From sequence record PZ379176.1: a stretch of DNA of 64,000 bases. One strand, written 5' to 3'. The number at the start of each line of letters is the position of its first letter. Positions within the stretch are counted from its first letter, which is position 1. A program made the position numbers and the translations under genes. This document shows, in pieces, positions 58,004 through 64,000 of the stretch. The DNA is from a phage. Under the pieces are notes generated by a model that did no database searches, was not told the DNA's origin, and was given only the letters and a program-made list of their open reading frames with translations.

Positions 58004-59038
58004 TCACCAACTCCCTATCCTAATTCTCAGAGCACCACTTCCATCGTAGAAGTCTATCCTGTTTCCATTCATCCACAACTGTGCCCCACCTGTACCACCC
58101 ATAACAAAATCACCACCAACAGTAAGTCTCCAGTTAGAACCCCACATAGAACCAGCAGTAATCTTATCCGCTGATAAGTTCTGAATCTGAGCATTGGAGA
58201 TAGATACGTTATCAATCTGTGCCCATTGGATTCTAGCGTTAGCAATCTGGGCTGTTGTGATGTTGACGTTCTTTATGTCAGCGAATTCCATCCTAGCTCT
58301 ACCACCCTCAAACACAAAAGGTGTGTTACCAGAGTTGCCATCACCAACAATAAACTTGTTAGCTGTTACTTGGAATTGACTGTTTGTTCCGTTGTTAGTT
58401 AACTTGACCCCAGCATATCTTCCGTTTACTGTAGAGTTAACTCCCCATGTAGCTTCATACTCAGAAAGCTTCATATACTGAGAGAGGCTTCCGTTAATAT
58501 TTTGAATCTCTGTCTGAACTAAAGCAATCTCTTGACCTTGGTCGTTGACAATACCTTCTACCGTTTGAATCTTAGTTGTGTTACCCTCAATACTTGTTTT
58601 AAAGCCAGATACAGTGCTTTCTAATTTTACAGGAGGTTGAACAGAATTATCCCAAATATCTTCAGTGGAGAGATTCCCCATCTGTGTTTGGATATCGGCA
58701 ATAGCTGTCTCTATCTCTGTAGTAATTCTATTCTCAAGCTCATCAAATTGTAAGTTCATCGCATGAAGAGCTTTGATACGAACATCAATCTCATCGTGAA
58801 TCTCATCAATAGCTTGGAACATTTGGTTAGTAGCTGTGCTGACTTTCTGTAGCTCGTCATATACGGCTACGTTATATGTTTCTGTGTCCTGTACATTATT
58901 GAGAAACCCAACGTTGTACGGGAGTGTGGTGTTATTACGACCAGTGTTCTTACGAAAACCACCTGCACCCATAAGTTCCTCCAAAACAATAAAAGGGGCA
59001 CGAAGCCCCTTGTTGTTATCTCCGTCCGCCAACAGCAA
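58004..59038 (-). CDS. tail fibre or host-specificity-like protein (344 aa)
   Basis: Coiled-coil N-part then repetitive Asn/Gly/Thr-rich C-part. Confidence 0.45.
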   Translation of the reverse strand: MLLADGDNNKGLRAPFIVLEELMGAGGFRKNTGRNNTTLPYNVGFLNNVQDTETYNVAVYDELQKVSTATNQMFQAIDEIHDEIDVRIKALHAMNLQFDELENRITTEIETAIADIQTQMGNLSTEDIWDNSVQPPVKLESTVSGFKTSIEGNTTKIQTVEGIVNDQGQEIALVQTEIQNINGSLSQYMKLSEYEATWGVNSTVNGRYAGVKLTNNGTNSQFQVTANKFIVGDGNSGNTPFVFEGGRARMEFADIKNVNITTAQIANARIQWAQIDNVSISNAQIQNLSADKITAGSMWGSNWRLTVGGDFVMGGTGGAQLWMNGNRIDFYDGSGALRIRIGSW

Positions 59039-61835
59039 ACTCTATCGTTAACCCATTGATAGCAGCATTACTGTTAACATCATTATCTATAACATTATAG
59101 AAAAGGTATGGATGGTTCAGTCTCACTGAGACATGCCTGTCAACACCAATCGTATAAGTCTTAGACGTGTGTGGGTGTCCATATTCATTTGAGAATTGAC
59201 TACCTCCAGCTTCAAAGGTATAAGTACCTGAGCCAGTTGTCTGAGGACGGAATCTGTTAATATGCTTCTGATTCCACTCATTCGTCACATTATCAAAATC
59301 TATACCAGTCCTCTCCAATCTCATCTCCAGAGGTTTCTCTATAACAGTATCATTTAGCCTGTCATAGAAATAATCAAGAGCCCCTACATCCACTTGATAG
59401 AATCCCCTCAAGAACGAGCCTACTATCGTAACCCTCTGCCTAAAGTTTGTTGCATCCTTTCTCCAAACAAGTTCTTTGATAGATGGGTCATCCCAAGTGA
59501 TCTCTTGGAAGTCAGACCAGATTGGACCTCTCTCTAAAACAGGAGGGTCAACCAGACCGATACACTGAGCATAAGGGATAGTACGGAAAGACCAAGTATC
59601 AAACTCATAATTCCATACAGCAGCTTTAGTACAAGCGAAGCTTTCTTTCGGCTCTCCCGGACCTACATAGAGAACCCAAACTTCTTTCTTATCCTGATGC
59701 AAGTGTACTCGAGTTGCTAGAGGGTTAACCAGACACACCTCGTTAATCAGCATGTTCTTGACACGGTTAGATGCAATTGACTTCTTGGTTGCACCATTGT
59801 GTAAGATTACATCGTTCTGAGTAACTACGAAGTGACTGCCTTCTACTTCAACCACACACTCAGGAGCAAGGATACCAGAGTCGTTAAAGAGCTTCTTGAA
59901 CATTAGAGGTTGGTACGTGTTATTAGTCGGAGAACCAATATACGTTTCAAACTCTGTATAAACAAACAAGTAATCTTTAAGAGGTAGGATATCAATCAAG
60001 CTGCCGTTAGAGTCAGCTAAATCAATGTAACCAGCATATCCGTTCTCTAGAGCCTGAGTCTGCCCTACAATGTTAGAAGCCAAGTCCGAAGACACAACTC
60101 TATCATAGGCAAAGTCATCCCACAGTGTAGGAGCTTTGTTCTCGTTGGCAAAGTTAGACCAACGAAGACGAAGTGGATAGTTAGTGGTAACACCAGAAGC
60201 ATTAGCCTCTCTCATATTCAGAGCAAAAAGACGGTTGTTAAAAGATCTCACTCTTTCACATTTCCAGTTAAACTTCTTGACTGAAGGGTTTCCATCATTA
60301 TCAACAACTGTTTGCTCACCCCATCCCGGAAGGTCTACAAAGTATTCTGATTCGAATTCTTTTACCTGAGGAGTTTCATAGTGAGTTGTAGCAACTGCAC
60401 AGTTAGAGATAACAGCGTGATACCAAGGGTAGTCATCAAAAGCATCGTAATCCTTCTGAGTCATTTGGCTGACAGTACATGTTACAGTAATCTCCCCTTT
60501 ACGAAGAGCAACCAGTTTGATAGATTTACCAGTAACTGAAGTTGTAGAAACATAACCAGTCTTATCAACAGACCACTGATAAGAATAATCACCTTCTGGG
60601 GAAGCTGTAGCTGTAATAACTATTTCCTCACCAACATCAAGAGAAGCGCTGACAACATCTAAGGTTACGGATGACAAAGGAGTTGCGAACAAAGAAGCTC
60701 TTGCAAAACCCTCAATATCATTTACGTTAGAATAGTCGTAAAAGCTGTTACCTTCGTACATACCAGATGTGTCAATACCAGACATAGGCTCAGCAAAATA
60801 AACCGTCTCTTCACTTTCAGAAGGAGTTACTACTTCTTCCTCTTGTGATTCAATTGGTTCTGATGCAGGTGCAGCAAATGCCATAGCACTTGTTCTCATC
60901 GCCCTTCCAGCTAAATCTACTCGTACAGTACAGACAGCAACCCTATTACCTTCTTCAGTGGTAGCTGTAATCTCAGTAAACCCAGCGAGTAGAGCGTTGA
61001 CCGTCCCTTGTGTACTGGTCCCTGATACTGTTGCAATATTTGGATTAGAAGAGGTCCAAGTAATGTTTTGATTAGGGGCGTTAGCGGGAGAAAGGGTAGC
61101 AGTTAAGATGTATTGAGAACCTCTACTAACTATCACATCTGACTGACTTAAAGTGATACTGTCAATCTGAGGAATGGAAACAACCTCACAAGAAGCAGTC
61201 TTCGTTCCATTATCAGCAGTGATTGTTACATTGCCCTCACCATTAGCAGTAATAACAGCAGTTAGGGAATTAGCGTTAGGGGTTACGGATACAATAGAAG
61301 CATTATTGCTGGACCAAGTTACAGGGGTTTTACCAGTAACAGCTGTAAGAGTGGTAGTCCCTCCTTTACGGATAGTAACAGCATCTTGACTCAAGAAGAT
61401 GCCTGAATCGCCATCTATAATGTTAACAGCAATCTGAGCCACTACAGAATCATCAGCAGTAGATATGGTTACTACAAGATTACCCTCTCTCTCAAAAGAT
61501 GTTAGAGTAGCAAGTTTAGAATCACTAGGGTCTACTGTAACACTCCCATAGGTTGAATTACTAACCTCCCAAACAAGATCGGTATTGTTAGCATCAGCAG
61601 GAAGAAGAGAAACTTCTAGATTCTTAGTCTGATTGAAGTTCATTGAGATAGTTGATTCTTTAGGAACGATTTGAGAAACGACTGGATAAATCTTAATTGA
61701 GGCAGAAGCCTTTTTAGTGACTGTAGCAACCTTACGGCTAATATCAGTCAAGCTTTCATCTGTCAGTTTATATAACTTCTTATCTGTACCTACAATAAGA
61801 AAGCTATTACCTGCGCTATAATAATCGAAAGGCAT
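59016..61835 (-). CDS. large structural protein with about four Ig-like (Big_2-type) domains
   Basis: Repeated about 80-aa units of Ig-like type; large C-terminal beta-rich region. Confidence 0.55.
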   Translation of the reverse strand: MPFDYYSAGNSFLIVGTDKKLYKLTDESLTDISRKVATVTKKASASIKIYPVVSQIVPKESTISMNFNQTKNLEVSLLPADANNTDLVWEVSNSTYGSVTVDPSDSKLATLTSFEREGNLVVTISTADDSVVAQIAVNIIDGDSGIFLSQDAVTIRKGGTTTLTAVTGKTPVTWSSNNASIVSVTPNANSLTAVITANGEGNVTITADNGTKTASCEVVSIPQIDSITLSQSDVIVSRGSQYILTATLSPANAPNQNITWTSSNPNIATVSGTSTQGTVNALLAGFTEITATTEEGNRVAVCTVRVDLAGRAMRTSAMAFAAPASEPIESQEEEVVTPSESEETVYFAEPMSGIDTSGMYEGNSFYDYSNVNDIEGFARASLFATPLSSVTLDVVSASLDVGEEIVITATASPEGDYSYQWSVDKTGYVSTTSVTGKSIKLVALRKGEITVTCTVSQMTQKDYDAFDDYPWYHAVISNCAVATTHYETPQVKEFESEYFVDLPGWGEQTVVDNDGNPSVKKFNWKCERVRSFNNRLFALNMREANASGVTTNYPLRLRWSNFANENKAPTLWDDFAYDRVVSSDLASNIVGQTQALENGYAGYIDLADSNGSLIDILPLKDYLFVYTEFETYIGSPTNNTYQPLMFKKLFNDSGILAPECVVEVEGSHFVVTQNDVILHNGATKKSIASNRVKNMLINEVCLVNPLATRVHLHQDKKEVWVLYVGPGEPKESFACTKAAVWNYEFDTWSFRTIPYAQCIGLVDPPVLERGPIWSDFQEITWDDPSIKELVWRKDATNFRQRVTIVGSFLRGFYQVDVGALDYFYDRLNDTVIEKPLEMRLERTGIDFDNVTNEWNQKHINRFRPQTTGSGTYTFEAGGSQFSNEYGHPHTSKTYTIGVDRHVSVRLNHPYLFYNVIDNDVNSNAAINGLTIEFAVGGRR

Positions 61836-61873
61836 AGAAACGAAAGACAGAGGGGTTAAATCCTTATCTTCAT

Positions 61874-62032
61874 CTACATAAGAAAGAGGGGCATTGCCCC
61901 CGTCTTAAATACTCTCTGCTCAACAAATCGAGCATTTATAGCATTAGTGAAAGCATTAGGAGCTAAGTCTGTCGGAGCCTGATCAGCGATAACGCCTACA
62001 GCACCTAACGACTTTATTGGATACAGCGCCAT
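61874..62032 (-). CDS. hypothetical small protein (52 aa)
   Basis: ATG with AGGAGG SD between tail-fibre and Ig-domain genes; below track cut-off. Confidence 0.25.
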   Translation of the reverse strand: MALYPIKSLGAVGVIADQAPTDLAPNAFTNAINARFVEQRVFKTGAMPLFLM

Positions 62033-62041
62033 AATTCCTCC

Positions 62042-62845
62042 TTAGCTAATACGTCTCCAAATGTGAGCCGCTCTGAATGGTGGCAAAGTATTAATAGGTT
62101 GACGAGAGATATCATCACGACCAAGACTTACACTACCAGAGATTGTATGAGTGTGAGTATCATTATCAGTTCTCTGACTATATCCACCACCCGGACTATA
62201 CCAGTTTGGCGAGCTGTTATGACCACTAGCATCTCCACGACCAAATACCATATTGTGACTGTGAGTATTACTGGATAGAGAGAAGCTGGAGCCATTAACT
62301 GTCATCAAAGGTACGTTCTCAGTTCGAATAGTATTGAAGACACGACCACCAGTACCACCTGCTTGGAACTCAACTCTCTGAGCATTAGGAACAGAGCCAT
62401 CGGGGTTTACTACACCAGTACCCATAATGACACCAGTCACTTTAGCCCAAGAACCAAATCCTAAGGAGATAGAATCACCGGGGTTAATGTCTTCTTCAGT
62501 GATATAGTAAGAACCAATTCGATAGAGCTTATTCTCCATCCAGTTCTTCATGAACGCTTCCATCTGACCTTTAGTAACAACATCCTTGTCACCAGTCCCC
62601 GGAGTGACGTTCTTAATCATTAGACCACCAACATCCATTGCATCGCCAGTAAACTTAAGCTTCTCTGACATAATCTTAAAGGTGTCAGAATCTATATCAA
62701 CTGGCTCTGTAACATTGGGGAATGTGTTCTGTAGTGTTTGTTTAATGAGGCGGATTTGAGCCGCCCCTTCGTAGATGTAATCTCTATCTCTAGGATAGAG
62801 TGGGTTTAAATCGGTAATAACTACCGCATTAGTTTCGATAGCCAA
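62042..62845 (-). CDS. tail fibre protein (collar-domain type)
   Basis: MIKNVTPGTGDKDVVTKGQ and C-terminal PPFRAAHIWRRI. Confidence 0.6.
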   Translation of the reverse strand: MAIETNAVVITDLNPLYPRDRDYIYEGAAQIRLIKQTLQNTFPNVTEPVDIDSDTFKIMSEKLKFTGDAMDVGGLMIKNVTPGTGDKDVVTKGQMEAFMKNWMENKLYRIGSYYITEEDINPGDSISLGFGSWAKVTGVIMGTGVVNPDGSVPNAQRVEFQAGGTGGRVFNTIRTENVPLMTVNGSSFSLSSNTHSHNMVFGRGDASGHNSSPNWYSPGGGYSQRTDNDTHTHTISGSVSLGRDDISRQPINTLPPFRAAHIWRRIS

Positions 62846-62857
62846 ACGGCACCTCCA

Positions 62858-63349
62858 TTAATATTTACCTTCGGTATAAAGATTAGCTTCTGCAACTCTT
62901 CTGTTATGAAGACCCTGACTTCTCTGCTTCTCTCCCTTGACCGTTATTTTATCCCAACGAAGAAATTCGGAATAAACATCCCCCTTAACATCTCCATTGA
63001 TTACTTTCCTTAACTTAGATGTGCTCAAAGCACCACTGCCAACGTTGAAGTTGAAAGAAGTGAGTGCATCAAACTCATGAACTAGCAAAGGAACCTTTAT
63101 GTTCTTCTGAGTAGCACGAACAGAGTCTTGTGTGTCTCTATCTAGCAGAGCTAGACAATCCTCTATAGAATACGTTAATCCTTGTCTAACCGGATAACCA
63201 TTCATATCACGCGTAGCCCCTACACATATAGTCCAGATACCTGCGGAATCTTTATAAGCCTTGGTTCTCATACCCTCATGCTTCATGATGAATTCCATTC
63301 CAGCTGGGCTTAAGTTTAGTTGTACAGGTGGCAATGCGGCGTTATCCAT
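62858..63349 (-). CDS. GH24 (T4-lysozyme-like) lysozyme
   Basis: E-x8-D-x5-T triad in HEGMRTKAYKDSAGIWTICVG; no signal sequence. Confidence 0.75.
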   Translation of the reverse strand: MDNAALPPVQLNLSPAGMEFIMKHEGMRTKAYKDSAGIWTICVGATRDMNGYPVRQGLTYSIEDCLALLDRDTQDSVRATQKNIKVPLLVHEFDALTSFNFNVGSGALSTSKLRKVINGDVKGDVYSEFLRWDKITVKGEKQRSQGLHNRRVAEANLYTEGKY

Positions 63350-63378
63350 TTCTAACCTCCTTTTGTGGTCCCTTTAAA

Positions 63379-63597
63379 TTAAGGTAGTATCTTTCTCAGA
63401 GCGTTAGATTCAGCATCAGGACAAATAACAACTAGATTATTTTGAATGGTTCGCTGCTTACATTGAGAACTAAGTTTCTCTACTGGAGCAGGTGCTGTAA
63501 CTAATGGATGAACTGCGCTTACAGGGATTGCAGTAGATACCACGACTCCTGCACCTAAACAAACTAAACCATATACAGCTTGTTTCATCATTTTCAT
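63379..63597 (-). CDS. small membrane-anchored or secreted protein (72 aa), possibly lysis-associated
   Basis: Single N-terminal hydrophobic segment; immediately upstream of lysozyme. Confidence 0.4.
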   Translation of the reverse strand: MKMMKQAVYGLVCLGAGVVVSTAIPVSAVHPLVTAPAPVEKLSSQCKQRTIQNNLVVICPDAESNALRKILP

Positions 63598-63661
63598 TTG
63601 AGTGTCTCCTATAAATTAACCTCTTGGGATATATTAGTTTCATTACCTATTCACTAGTTTA

Positions 63662-63686
63662 ACTTCTAAAAGCCCCCGAAGGGGCA
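63662..63686 (-). terminator. rho-independent terminator (minus strand)
   Basis: GCCCC-ttcg-GGGGGC then TTTT on minus strand, after the stop at 63692. Confidence 0.5.
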
Positions 63687-63691
63687 ATCCT

Positions 63692-64000
63692 TTACTTAGC
63701 AGCCAGTTGAGCTTCTAACTCTTCTACACGCTTCAGCAAATTCTGAACAACCTGCATAGTGTCAAGTAGCATAGGAGTTGTGTCTAACTCTTTCTGCTCT
63801 TTCATAGAATCGCCGTTTCCAGTTCCGGGATACTTACGAGTCTTGACATACAGAGGTTCTACCGTCTCTGCCTGCTGTGCAATGATACCACGACGAGATC
63901 GATTCTTCTCATCATCGTTGTAAACAAAGGATTTGAACTTCAGTCCTTTTATTACTTCAATAGCTCTTTCTGCATCAATATCAACAATGTTATGTTTCAG
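63692..64000 (-). CDS. tail fibre / tailspike C-terminal intramolecular chaperone (peptidase S74-type) domain, partial
   Basis: Minus-strand translation ...DIDAERAIEVIKGLKFKSFVYNDDEKNRSRRGIIAQQAETVEPLYV...LKRVEELEAQLAAK* matches the endosialidase-chaperone pattern; open to window edge. Confidence 0.6.
   Translation of the reverse strand: MKHNIVDIDAERAIEVIKGLKFKSFVYNDDEKNRSRRGIIAQQAETVEPLYVKTRKYPGTGNGDSMKEQKELDTTPMLLDTMQVVQNLLKRVEELEAQLAAK

Overview
This 64 kb window reads as the genome of a lytic tailed phage: AT-rich, very densely packed with often overlapping ORFs, and no integrase or repressor seen. It has two convergent blocks. The plus-strand block (2.3-47.9 kb) carries early and middle genes behind sigma70-like promoters: T7-type primase-helicase, a T7-type DNA polymerase encoded in separated pieces, ThyX-like protein, dCTP deaminase, thioredoxin, Dps-like ferritin, PhoH-like ATPase, a CCA-enzyme-like nucleotidyltransferase, macro-domain protein, a sigma-70-family factor, FEN-like exonuclease, HNH endonuclease and Rz/Rz1 spanins. 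The minus-strand block (47.9-64 kb) carries late structural and lysis genes: large internal virion proteins, an SLT transglycosylase, two Q/N-rich proteins, an Ig-like-domain protein, tail fibres and a GH24 lysozyme. The strongest candidate for an undescribed system is a co-operonic enzymatic module at 17.7-27.0 kb: two GS-fold amidoligase-like proteins, a class-II glutamine amidotransferase with no AUG start, a frame-interrupted ATP-grasp ligase and a GGCT-like cyclotransferase. Other notable items are a family of at least 12 small paralogous early proteins, a secreted collagen-like protein with a YadA-like anchor, a recurring TAATGTATA motif, repeated structured intergenic elements, one clear tRNA-Arg(UCU) and two atypical tRNA-like elements. 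All calls rest on reading motifs by eye; no database search was possible, and resemblance to phiEco32-like podophages is my recollection only.
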